Source of the DNA: an uncultured Clostridia bacterium | GTDB taxonomy: Bacteria; Bacillota; Clostridia; Oscillospirales; CAG-272 | Length of the DNA stretch: 64,000 nucleotides | Direction of reading: 5' to 3' | NCBI GenBank assembly: GCA_937884385.1 | Contig: CALGCW010000123.1 | Location: forward strand, 580-64,579 | In this document: positions 54,473 to 62,954 of the stretch, piece by piece | Numbering within the stretch: position 1 is the first letter of the stretch | How the letters are laid out: every line of letters starts with the position of its first letter | Position numbers and translations under genes: made by a program | Notes under the pieces: generated by a model | The model's input: the letters and a program-made list of their open reading frames with translations, nothing else | The model's database searches: none | What the model was told of the DNA's origin: nothing

Positions 54473-56824
54473 ATGGATAACAGATTTACTCAAAAAGCGC
54501 AAAATGCCTTGATACTCGCTGCAAGGCAGGCAGAATCGCTTGGTCATACCTATATCGGTACAGAGCATCTATTGCTCGGACTTATGGAAGAACGCGAGAG
54601 CATCGCGTCAAAAATGCTTGCAAAGCGCGGTATAACATATGCAAAGATAAAAAAGGACATAGCAAGTGAATCTGACGTCTTGGGCAAAAGCACGCTCTCC
54701 TCACAAAGTATATCTCCACGCTTAAAAAGGATAATCGAGAACTCAAGCAGGCTTTGCGGAAAATACGGTCAGACACTGATCGGCAGCGAGCATCTGCTCT
54801 ATTCCCTCTTAAGTGAAAATGATTGCCTTGCAGTTCGGGTGCTTGAACAAAATAACCTATATCCACACGATATTCAAAACGATATTCTGGTACTGATAAG
54901 TGACGCCGCCAAGCAACGAACGAAAGCCAAGGAAGCAAAGCCAACCGTACTTGAAAGCTACGGCAGAGATCTTATAGAGGAAGCACGAAACGGAAGGCTT
55001 GACGGCGCTCTGTGCCGCGAAAAGGAAACTCAAAGGGTCATTCAGATCTTATCGCGCAGGACGAAGAATAACCCCTGCCTTATAGGAGAGCCGGGTGTGG
55101 GTAAGACCGCAGTTGTCGAAGGACTCGCGTGCAGGATAGCAGAGTCCAAGGTCCCCGACTCCTTGCTCACCAAACGCATAATATCACTCGATCTCCCCTC
55201 CCTCATAGCGGGAGCAAAATACCGCGGTGAATTTGAGGAACGACTGAAAAGCGTAATGGCGGAATGTAAGCGTGATCGCGATATCATCCTTTTTATAGAC
55301 GAGGTGCATACTATAATAGGCGCTGGAAGCGCCGAGGGGGCAATAGATGCCGCAAACATTCTCAAGCCCGCGCTCTCACGCGCAGAGATACAGATGATAG
55401 GCGCTACCACCGTCGGCGAATACAGAAAGCATATCGAACGCGACAGCGCGCTTGAAAGAAGATTTCAGCCCGTTATCATTGACGAGCCCTCCGCAGACGA
55501 GACCGTAAGGATCCTTCTCGGCATTCGCGAAAAATATGAAAAGCACCACGAACTCACCATCACCGAAGAAGCAATAAAGAGCGCTGTTGAGCTTTCGGAA
55601 AGATATATAAACGATCGCTTTCTCCCCGATAAGGCGATCGATCTTATTGATGAAGCGGCATCCCGCGTCCACCTGCGCTCACCGTCGGCGCAAATCAGCT
55701 CCCCAACACTCGAAGGCGAGGTCTTCCGCTTGCTTGCTCAAAAGGACGGTGAGCCGTGCATCGATAAAAGCCCCAAGACCTCTGCGGCGCTTCAGGATAA
55801 AAAGAAAAAGCTGTGTGTGACAGAAGACGATATCGCACAGGTGATCACCGATTGGACAGGAATTCCCATAAAGAAGCTGCTTGAAACGGAAGCTGACAAA
55901 CTGCTATCCCTTCAAGAGGAACTGAAATCTCGGATAATCGGACAGGACAAAGCAATAGATGTCGTCTGTCAAGCGATACAAAGAGGCAGGATAGGTCTGA
56001 AGGCACCCGAAAAGCCAACGGGATCATTTATTTTCGTAGGTCCTACAGGAGTAGGAAAGACAGAGCTTTGCCTGTGCCTGTCCGAGCTTTTGTTCGGTTC
56101 GCGAAAGTCGCTCATAAGGCTCGATATGTCTGAATATATGGAAAAGCACAGCATTTCCCGCTTGATCGGTGCCCCTCCGGGCTACGTAGGTTACGGTGAG
56201 GGCGGAATACTCACCGAAAAGATAAGAAGACATCCGTATTCGATAGTCCTCTTTGATGAGATAGAAAAGGCACACCCCGAAATATACAATATTCTTCTGC
56301 AGATACTTGAGGACGGCACGCTGACCGATTCACAGGGCAGAAGCGCAAGCTTCAAAAATGCGCTGATCGTACTCACGTCAAACGTCGGCACGGAAAAAGG
56401 CGCACTCAAGAGCTCACTCGGCTTTTCCTCCCAAGATACACAAAGCAGCTATAAAAAGCTTGAATCAAATACGCGTGCCGCCCTTGAAAAAGCCTTCCGT
56501 CCCGAGCTTTTGGGCAGAATAGACGAGATAGTGGTCTTCGGCGAGCTTCAAAAGCAAGATATAGAAAAAATATGCCGTTTAAGACTCACCGAGCTTCAAA
56601 AAAGGCTCTCCGATCTTGGCATAGAGGTAAGCTTTGATAAAAGCATCTGTGAAAATATCGTCAGCAAGACTATGGACACTAAACGGGGCGCGAGAGCACT
56701 CTCGCGCGAGCTTATCACGTTTGTGGAAAACCCCATATCTAATATGATGCTCCTCGGAAAGATTCGCAGCGGAGATGAGATAATACTCAGCGCAAGCGAT
56801 AACGAGCTGATACTGACAAAATAA
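54473..56824 (+). CDS. clpC: ATP-dependent Clp protease ATP-binding subunit ClpC-like (class I AAA+)
   Basis: Clp_N repeats (FTQKAQNALILAARQAESLGHTYIGTEHLLLGL), two Walker A motifs (GEPGVGKTA, GPTGVGKTE) and a short middle domain (not ClpB-length) are present. I prefer the start at MDNRF. Confidence 0.85.
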   Translation: MDNRFTQKAQNALILAARQAESLGHTYIGTEHLLLGLMEERESIASKMLAKRGITYAKIKKDIASESDVLGKSTLSSQSISPRLKRIIENSSRLCGKYGQTLIGSEHLLYSLLSENDCLAVRVLEQNNLYPHDIQNDILVLISDAAKQRTKAKEAKPTVLESYGRDLIEEARNGRLDGALCREKETQRVIQILSRRTKNNPCLIGEPGVGKTAVVEGLACRIAESKVPDSLLTKRIISLDLPSLIAGAKYRGEFEERLKSVMAECKRDRDIILFIDEVHTIIGAGSAEGAIDAANILKPALSRAEIQMIGATTVGEYRKHIERDSALERRFQPVIIDEPSADETVRILLGIREKYEKHHELTITEEAIKSAVELSERYINDRFLPDKAIDLIDEAASRVHLRSPSAQISSPTLEGEVFRLLAQKDGEPCIDKSPKTSAALQDKKKKLCVTEDDIAQVITDWTGIPIKKLLETEADKLLSLQEELKSRIIGQDKAIDVVCQAIQRGRIGLKAPEKPTGSFIFVGPTGVGKTELCLCLSELLFGSRKSLIRLDMSEYMEKHSISRLIGAPPGYVGYGEGGILTEKIRRHPYSIVLFDEIEKAHPEIYNILLQILEDGTLTDSQGRSASFKNALIVLTSNVGTEKGALKSSLGFSSQDTQSSYKKLESNTRAALEKAFRPELLGRIDEIVVFGELQKQDIEKICRLRLTELQKRLSDLGIEVSFDKSICENIVSKTMDTKRGARALSRELITFVENPISNMMLLGKIRSGDEIILSASDNELILTK

Positions 56825-56846
56825 AAAGGGTCGCTCACGCGACCCT
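56822..56846 (-). terminator. Rho-independent terminator after prmC (possibly also serving clpC)
   Basis: Stem GGGTCGC / GCGACCC with loop TCAC. The T-run is on the minus strand (AAAAA at 56823-56827 on plus). Confidence 0.5.
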
Positions 56847-56854
56847 CTGTAGAA

Positions 56855-57688
56855 TTAAAATCCGGTAATATATGCAACGCGGTCGTTTCCGCCGTAATCC
56901 TTGAATATCTCACAGGAATAGCTATGCTCACGCGCAATAGCGATCACATCATCAGCCTGATCATACCCGATTTCGAGAAGCATAAAACCGCCCTTTTTCA
57001 AAAATGCAGAGTAAGTACCGATTATCTTTCTGTAAAAGGCGAGACCGTCTTCACCGCCGTAAAGCGCGGCGTAAGGCTCGAATTTCACCTCCTGTGAAAG
57101 ACCCTCTATGACCTCTGGGCGAATGTATGGGGGGTTGGAAAGGATCGCATCGAATTTCTTTCCCAAAAGCTTATCTTCTTCGTCAAGGATATCCATCAGC
57201 AATTGATCTGCCCTGCCTTGAACTCCGTTATATACGGCATTGATGGATGCAACGTCCATCGTCATTGGAAATTTCTCCACCATAAGCGCAGTCGTGTCGG
57301 GACGCTCGCAAAGCGTGGACACAGCAATGCATCCGCTTCCCGTGCAAAGATCCGCAAAATGTGCTCCCTTCGGCAAAAGCCTGATCGCGTGCTCTACAAG
57401 CACCTCGGTATCGGGTCGCGGTATCAGGCAATCGCGCGACAGAAGGTATTTCTGCCTATAAAACTCCCAAACGCCCACGATGTACTGAATAGGCTCGTGC
57501 TTTTCTCTTCTCTGCAAGCAAAGCTCCAGCTTTTCCTCTATTTCTTCGTTATCGATAATAAAATCGCAGTGTGCAAGTGTGGGAGGGATCTCACGTCCCG
57601 CACAGCTTTCAAATAGGATCCTTGCCTCGTATTCGCAATTATCGGGACTGACCCTTGAAAGCCTTGAAACAATATCTTTAAAGTGCAT
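56855..57688 (-). CDS. prmC: Release factor glutamine N5-methyltransferase
   Basis: The SAM motif DLCTGSGCIA and catalytic NPPYI are present, along with EPIQYIVGVWEFY typical of PrmC/HemK. I prefer the ATG at 57688 over the TTG at 57721, but the start is uncertain. Confidence 0.8.
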   Translation of the reverse strand: MHFKDIVSRLSRVSPDNCEYEARILFESCAGREIPPTLAHCDFIIDNEEIEEKLELCLQRREKHEPIQYIVGVWEFYRQKYLLSRDCLIPRPDTEVLVEHAIRLLPKGAHFADLCTGSGCIAVSTLCERPDTTALMVEKFPMTMDVASINAVYNGVQGRADQLLMDILDEEDKLLGKKFDAILSNPPYIRPEVIEGLSQEVKFEPYAALYGGEDGLAFYRKIIGTYSAFLKKGGFMLLEIGYDQADDVIAIAREHSYSCEIFKDYGGNDRVAYITGF

Positions 57689-57726
57689 ATTTTTACCCGA
57701 AATTATAAAAAATTTTCGCAAAAATA

Positions 57727-57754
57727 TTGATTTTTTTGCGAATTGTGGTATACT
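57727..57754 (+). promoter_or_regulatory. Putative sigma-A-type promoter of the 71-aa gene
   Basis: TTGATT (57727-57732), a 16-nt spacer, then TATACT (57749-57754) preceded by TGg (extended -10). Confidence 0.45.
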
Positions 57755-57788
57755 GTAGTTAGAAAAATATGATTCGGAGGTTAATACT

Positions 57789-58004
57789 ATGGAAAAAAGA
57801 ACAAACTACGGCAAAATTATCGCTATAACTCTCGCAGTTATCGCTGCATTTACTGCAATGGCATTCGTCGTATATAAATTATTCGTAAAAGACCTTGCGA
57901 AGGTTTATGCTCACGATGACGATTGCGACGACCTCTTCCTTGAAGAGGATGACAACTGCGAATGCGAATGCATCCAGTGCGACACAGCCGCTGACGTTGA
58001 ATAA
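57789..58004 (+). CDS. Small single-pass membrane protein with acidic Cys-rich C-terminal tail (71 aa)
   Basis: It has RBS GGAGG 8 nt upstream, its own promoter-like element and its own terminator. The product has one TM (IIAITLAVIAAFTAMAFVVY) and the tail DDDCDDLFLEEDDNCECECIQCD. Confidence 0.55.
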   Translation: MEKRTNYGKIIAITLAVIAAFTAMAFVVYKLFVKDLAKVYAHDDDCDDLFLEEDDNCECECIQCDTAADVE

Positions 58005-58015
58005 TTTTGTAAGAT

Positions 58016-58045
58016 AAAGAGCCCACACGGGCTCTTTTTCTTTTG
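58016..58045. terminator. Rho-independent terminator (bidirectional position)
   Basis: Stem AAAGAGCCC / GGGCTCTTT with loop ACAC, followed by TTCTTTTGCTTTT. It lies between the convergent ends at 58004 and 58050. Confidence 0.6.
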
Positions 58046-58049
58046 CTTT

Positions 58050-59024
58050 TTAACCTCTTAATTTCTGTGCTCTTACGTCCGTACCAACGAACTGAAGAAT
58101 GTGATACTCTCCGAAAAGCCTGCTCGTTATCCTATCGGTATATTTCTTTTTGATATCCTCAAATGAAAGATTTGTACTGATGATAACGGGCTTTTTTCTG
58201 CTAAGCCTGCTATTTATGAGATTATAGAGTGTCGAGACCGAGAATTGATTTATCATTTCCGTACCGAGATCATCAATAATCAGCAAGTCGCAATCATAGT
58301 ACCTGTCAATGAGATCGTTCGGTTCATTAGAATAGTTTTTAAACCTCTGCACCTCAAACGCGGTGAAAAGATCTATAGCACCCGTATAAAAGACGTCATT
58401 TCCCTTTTCGATGATGCGCTTTGCAGTCGCGCTTGAAAGATGCGTCTTTCCAAGACCCGTGCCGCCCATCATAAGTATGCTGCAGGATGTGTTCTCGTTA
58501 AAATTATCCGCATAATCCACAAGAAAATCACGGTTCTGGCTCATTCTTTCAAAGCAAACGGGACTGTTTCTATAGTAGTTAAGGGAGAAGTTCTCAAACG
58601 ACTGTTCATTTATCAAATGACCGAATCCGCTGTTTTCAATTCCCGCAAGAACGAGAGCCTCCCTCATACAAGAGCACATCCTTGTGTCAACGTAGCCGGT
58701 ATCGCCGCATTTTGCACACTCGTATTTAACGTCAGAGTAATCCGCGGGGTATCCGTTAGCCAAAAGAATGCCTGCTCTCTTTTCCAAAAGCGCGGTATTT
58801 CTCTCTCTTATCTCCGCAAGTCTCTTCTTGTAATCCTCGCCTGAGGACAAGGATACCGAAAATATCTCAAGACCTGTATTCGAGAGCTGTCTGTCAATTC
58901 TTGCGACCTCGGGAAAAAGCGCGTGAAGCTCCTGCTCCCTGCTGAAGGCTCGTTCTCTTGCGATCAGATACTTCTGAGAATATTCTGCGCGTATTTTATT
59001 ATAAACGTTTCTGTTATAACCCAT
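58050..59024 (-). CDS. Helicase loader, DnaI/DnaC-like AAA+ ATPase
   Basis: The Cys cluster CAKCGDTGYVDTRMCSC (DnaI-type zinc module), Walker A GGTGLGKTH and Walker B LLIIDDLG are present. Confidence 0.8.
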   Translation of the reverse strand: MGYNRNVYNKIRAEYSQKYLIARERAFSREQELHALFPEVARIDRQLSNTGLEIFSVSLSSGEDYKKRLAEIRERNTALLEKRAGILLANGYPADYSDVKYECAKCGDTGYVDTRMCSCMREALVLAGIENSGFGHLINEQSFENFSLNYYRNSPVCFERMSQNRDFLVDYADNFNENTSCSILMMGGTGLGKTHLSSATAKRIIEKGNDVFYTGAIDLFTAFEVQRFKNYSNEPNDLIDRYYDCDLLIIDDLGTEMINQFSVSTLYNLINSRLSRKKPVIISTNLSFEDIKKKYTDRITSRLFGEYHILQFVGTDVRAQKLRG

Positions 59025-59032
59025 AAAAACTC

Positions 59033-60025
59033 CTATTTTTTGTCGGAATAGCTGCGTTTAAGCGCGGCATCAAAGAACTCGTCAACGTTAAAGCTTGAGC
59101 CATCTTCCTTCTTTTCCTGCTCGCGCGCTTCAAGAATGGCATTGACACCGTCAATGTCTCTGGCCCCCTCTGCAAACCACTTTTCAAGAATTGCATTAGC
59201 ATACGGAATGGAGGGCTTGCTCGTAGCCGAAACCGTGATCTCATAAGCCTTTTCTATAACGTCAATATCATATTTGAAATTGGTGATCCAGGCTTCAACA
59301 CACTTTTTCTCCTTTGAGGTAAGCTTTCTTCCGCCAATGCCAAAGGCATTTCTTATCTTGCCCTCAAGGCTTGCCCTCTCTTCTCTTGAGCGAAGCTCGC
59401 TCTGAAGCTCACGCGCATCTGTAAAGCCATCGTCAAGACAGCTTACAGCCATCTTTTCTATATATCGAAGCGAACGCATATCCACCCTTGCCGCATAGTG
59501 CATAAGAACGAGGATATAGTCGTTATCAAGTCCAAGATAGTCAACAAGAGCCATAAGGACCTTGATATCTGCCGCAGTAAATATCTTTCCAAGCACGTTC
59601 TGGCACTCGTCGATAAGCTCAACAACGTGTCTGTGCTTTTCAAGCAAGGCGTTAAGCTCACTGCTTGTGTACTGCGGAAGCTCACTCAATTTAGTGCGCT
59701 TCGGCACAACTGTAGCTTCATCCGTAGCGGGGCTTTCAGCCTTCGTATCAACGGCTGATGCACTCTGATCCTCGTCTATTGAGACTATCCCTGCTCCTCT
59801 CCAAAACGCGATCGAGGCAGAAACGTCACCTTCCTCGCAGGAAAGCTCCTTAGCAAGCAAGGCAATCCCACCCTCAGCTCTGAAGCGTTCAGCAGAGCAA
59901 AGATGCATCAAGACCTTTATATCAAATTTTTTAGCTTTGTCTATGTATTCTACAGCCGCCCCGGGAAGCACGCATACATCCGTGCCGTAGCTCAAGGCGA
60001 TCCTTGTTTTATCAGCTTTTTTCAT
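59033..60025 (-). CDS. DnaD-domain replication initiation protein (DnaD / B. subtilis DnaB-like)
   Basis: Two DnaD/DnaB_2-like C-terminal repeats are visible (FTAADIKVLMALVDYLGLDNDYILVLMHYAA...YIEKMAVSC and LTSKEKKCVEAWITNFKYDIDVIEKAYEITV...YANAILEKW). Confidence 0.75.
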   Translation of the reverse strand: MKKADKTRIALSYGTDVCVLPGAAVEYIDKAKKFDIKVLMHLCSAERFRAEGGIALLAKELSCEEGDVSASIAFWRGAGIVSIDEDQSASAVDTKAESPATDEATVVPKRTKLSELPQYTSSELNALLEKHRHVVELIDECQNVLGKIFTAADIKVLMALVDYLGLDNDYILVLMHYAARVDMRSLRYIEKMAVSCLDDGFTDARELQSELRSREERASLEGKIRNAFGIGGRKLTSKEKKCVEAWITNFKYDIDVIEKAYEITVSATSKPSIPYANAILEKWFAEGARDIDGVNAILEAREQEKKEDGSSFNVDEFFDAALKRSYSDKK

Positions 60026-60037
60026 ATCAGCCCTTTA

Positions 60038-60721
60038 TCAATCGTTATTTTTTGACACTATTCGATAGTTGAGCGTCATAAGGGAGTCTCCAAGGTGAAC
60101 GTTCTCAACTACGATATTGCTCTCAAGATTATCAAGCTCCTGACCCGTAAAGTTCCAGATGCCCACCACGTCGGTATCGGCGATCCTCTGCGCCATTTCA
60201 AGCGCGTGCTCCTTCGGAAGGGTCAAAACCGCCATATCTACCGTGTGAGTTGCGGCATATCTTTCAAATTCATCGATATGAAGTATCGGTATCTCGTTTA
60301 CCTTCTGTCCCACAAGACTCGCATCGTTGTCAAATATCGCAACCACGTCGACCCCGCGCTTTTCAAACATATCGTTTTTCGCAAGAGCACGGCCAAGGTT
60401 GCCCGCACCAATAATAACAGCCTGAAATCCCGCGCCAACACCCAAAAGCTCGCAAATACGCGCGTAAAGATAGTTAACGTTGTATCCGTATCCCTGCTGA
60501 CCGAAGCCGCCAAAGCAGTTAAGGTCCTGGCGGATCTGGCTTGCTGTAATATTCATTCTCTTTGAGAGTTCTGCAGAGCTTATCCTGCTCTTTCCCTCGC
60601 GAATAAGTATGCGAAGATATCTGAAGTATCTCGGCAATCTCTTGATAACTGCGCTTGACACGTTATCCTTCGCAGTAGCGGTGTTCTCATCAAGTGCGTT
60701 GATATTATCTTTTTCCTTCAT
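60038..60721 (-). CDS. rex: Redox-sensing transcriptional repressor Rex
   Basis: A winged helix (VIKRLPRYFRYLRIL...ISSAELSKRMNITASQIRQDL, FGQQGYGYNV) is followed by a Rossmann fold (IIGAGNLGRAL). Confidence 0.9.
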   Translation of the reverse strand: MKEKDNINALDENTATAKDNVSSAVIKRLPRYFRYLRILIREGKSRISSAELSKRMNITASQIRQDLNCFGGFGQQGYGYNVNYLYARICELLGVGAGFQAVIIGAGNLGRALAKNDMFEKRGVDVVAIFDNDASLVGQKVNEIPILHIDEFERYAATHTVDMAVLTLPKEHALEMAQRIADTDVVGIWNFTGQELDNLESNIVVENVHLGDSLMTLNYRIVSKNND

Positions 60722-60803
60722 AGTAGTACCTCTCTTGTATTATCATCGTTAATTCTTAAGTTTTACACAGGCAAATTCCTTATAAAAGCTTGTACCTATC
60801 AAG

Positions 60804-60849
60804 TTTTCCACAATTTCCACAAAGTTTTCCACAGGGTGTATGTGGACAA
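60804..60849. promoter_or_regulatory. Cluster of four DnaA boxes
   Basis: The boxes are TTTTCCACA (60804-60812), ATTTCCACA (60813-60821), TTTTCCACA (60825-60833) and inverted TGTGGACAA (60841-60849, equal to TTGTCCACA). They have 1, 2, 1 and 1 mismatches to TTATCCACA. Confidence 0.7.
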
Positions 60850-60859
60850 ATTGTCGCAT

Positions 60860-61873
60860 TCAGTCGAGTGGAGAATATGCGCTCGCATTAAGATAAGTAT
60901 CCGCGAAATTACCCTTTTGATACTCATAATAGCCCGCAAGAGCTATCATAGCACCGTTGTCACCGCAAAGCGCCTTCTCGGGCATCGCAAAGTGGATATC
61001 GCGCTTTTTGCACAAACGCTCAAGCGCTGAGCGAAGATGCGAATTTGCCGCAACACCGCCCGATATCGCAAAGCACGTTGCTCCGCTTTTTTCAAGGGCT
61101 GCATCCACCTTCTGCACTATTCCCTTAACTACCGTTTCGGTGTATGAAGCCGCAACGTCCGCAAAGCTTATTTCAATTCCCTTTTGAGTATTGCTGTTTA
61201 TATAGTTGAGAGCACTCGTTTTAAGTCCCGAAAAAGAAAAATCAAGATTGTCACCCACAAGTGCAGGAGACGGGAATTTTATAGCCTTGGGGTCGCCCTC
61301 GTATGCAAGCTTATCAAGAGCCGCACCGCCGGGGTAAGGCATTCCCATAACTCGCGCTATCTTATCAAACGCCTCTCCTGCAGCATCGTCGCGCGTCGTG
61401 CCAAGCTCATCAAATTCTGCATAATCGAGGACGTGATAAATAGACGTATGTCCACCCGACACCACCAGCGCAAGAAAAGGTGGCTTCAGCTCGGGAGAAG
61501 CAAAATAAGCCGCCGCAACGTGTCCCTTGATGTGATCTACGGGAACAAGCGGAATATTGTTTGCAAAAGCCAAGCTCTTGGCAAAATTCACACCCACGAG
61601 CAGCGCACCGATAAGACCGGGCGAGCTTGTGACCGCTATCGCAGAAAGGTCCGAAAGACCAATACCGGCAGTGTCAAGAGCCTCGTGCGTGATACGTGAG
61701 ACCGCCTCAATATGGGCGCGGCTCGCTATTTCAGGCACGACACCGCCGTAAAGACGGTGAATATCTATTTGTGAAGCTACAATGTTTGAGCGAATATAGG
61801 GCTTGCCGTCAACAATTTCAACGACCGCCGCACTCGTCTCGTCACAAGAGCTTTCCATTCCTAAAATGTACAT
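60860..61873 (-). CDS. tsaD: tRNA N6-adenosine threonylcarbamoyltransferase
   Basis: ILGMESSCDETSAAVV, the HIEAV-type block, VSGGHT and GVAANSHLR are hallmark TsaD/Gcp/Kae1 blocks. Confidence 0.95.
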   Translation of the reverse strand: MYILGMESSCDETSAAVVEIVDGKPYIRSNIVASQIDIHRLYGGVVPEIASRAHIEAVSRITHEALDTAGIGLSDLSAIAVTSSPGLIGALLVGVNFAKSLAFANNIPLVPVDHIKGHVAAAYFASPELKPPFLALVVSGGHTSIYHVLDYAEFDELGTTRDDAAGEAFDKIARVMGMPYPGGAALDKLAYEGDPKAIKFPSPALVGDNLDFSFSGLKTSALNYINSNTQKGIEISFADVAASYTETVVKGIVQKVDAALEKSGATCFAISGGVAANSHLRSALERLCKKRDIHFAMPEKALCGDNGAMIALAGYYEYQKGNFADTYLNASAYSPLD

Positions 61874-61883
61874 AAATAACTTC

Positions 61884-62330
61884 CTAATCTAAACTTTTTA
61901 TCATCACAAGAGCATTTTCTCTCGGATCGGTATAAAAATCTTTTCTCTTGCCCGCCTTGAAAAAACCGAATTTTTCATAAAGTGCGATCGCAGGTGCATT
62001 GCTCTCACGCACCTCAAGAGAAATGGATGTGATACCGCGTCGCCTTGCTTCCTCAAGCGTCAGCTCTATCACCGCCTTGGCATATCCCTGCCTCTTATAC
62101 TTTTCTGCGGTTGCAACGTTGATTATCTGCACCTCGTCAAGAACGAGAAGCATAGTGCAATAGCTTGCAAGCTCACCGTCCGCAAGACAAATTGCGTAAA
62201 GCGCGCTTTCAGTTTCAAAGAACGTGCTCAGCGAGCTCTCGCTCCAAGGATGAGAGAAGGTCTGCTTTTCAAGCTCCGCGATCAGCGGAATATGCTCCGC
62301 ACGCGCAAAAAATGCATTCTTCATCATCAA
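61884..62330 (-). CDS. rimI: Ribosomal-protein-alanine N-acetyltransferase (GNAT)
   Basis: It has a GNAT fold with the acetyl-CoA block RRQGYAKAVIE...RRRGITSISLEVRESNAPAIALYEKFGF, and lies immediately upstream of tsaD as in Bacillus. Confidence 0.8.
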   Translation of the reverse strand: MMMKNAFFARAEHIPLIAELEKQTFSHPWSESSLSTFFETESALYAICLADGELASYCTMLLVLDEVQIINVATAEKYKRQGYAKAVIELTLEEARRRGITSISLEVRESNAPAIALYEKFGFFKAGKRKDFYTDPRENALVMIKSLD

Positions 62331-62815
62331 TAACCGAAATTACCGCTGAGAGAATCGTCATCGTTTATCCAATCGCGAACGTCGATCACTCTGAAACTCT
62401 CCTTGTCATCTCGAACTACCACGAAAGCAATGCCTGCATTTATGACCTGCTTTTTGCACATCATACAGGACGTCGTGTGTGCAACAAGATCATCGCTTAC
62501 GGGGTCTACGCACGCCATATAAAGAGTTGCACCGAGCATCTGGTCTCTTGGCGCGGCAATTATCGCATTTGCCTCCGCGTGTACGGAACGGCACATCTCG
62601 TACCTTTCTCCGCGCGGGATCCCAAGCTTTTCACGCATGCAGAAATTGAGCTCGTTGCAATTTTTCCTTCCTCTTGGCGCACCGTTATATCCCGTTGAAA
62701 TTATAACGTCGTTCTTTACGATTATAGCACCGTATTTCTTACGCATGCAGGTGCTTCTCTCCGCAACGGTCTGCGCTATATCAAGGTAATAATTCTCTTT
62801 TGATATTCTATCCAT
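62327..62815 (-). CDS. Deoxycytidylate (dCMP) deaminase, ComEB-like
   Basis: Zinc motifs HAEANAI and SCMMCKK are present. The ATG at 62815 (MDRISKENYYLDIA...) is the likelier start, because the track's 68-codon N-terminal extension overlaps the ABC ATPase gene and looks non-coding. Confidence 0.85.
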   Translation of the reverse strand: MDRISKENYYLDIAQTVAERSTCMRKKYGAIIVKNDVIISTGYNGAPRGRKNCNELNFCMREKLGIPRGERYEMCRSVHAEANAIIAAPRDQMLGATLYMACVDPVSDDLVAHTTSCMMCKKQVINAGIAFVVVRDDKESFRVIDVRDWINDDDSLSGNFGY

Positions 62816-62954
62816 TTTTGACCTCTTCAAAATAAATATAGCAATACATAGTATATTATAAAATAAAACTCCGATAAAATCAAGTGGTTTTACAAATTTC
62901 GATAAAAAAAGAAGGAAGCAGCCGCTTCCCCCTAAAAACATTAATTCATTTTGC

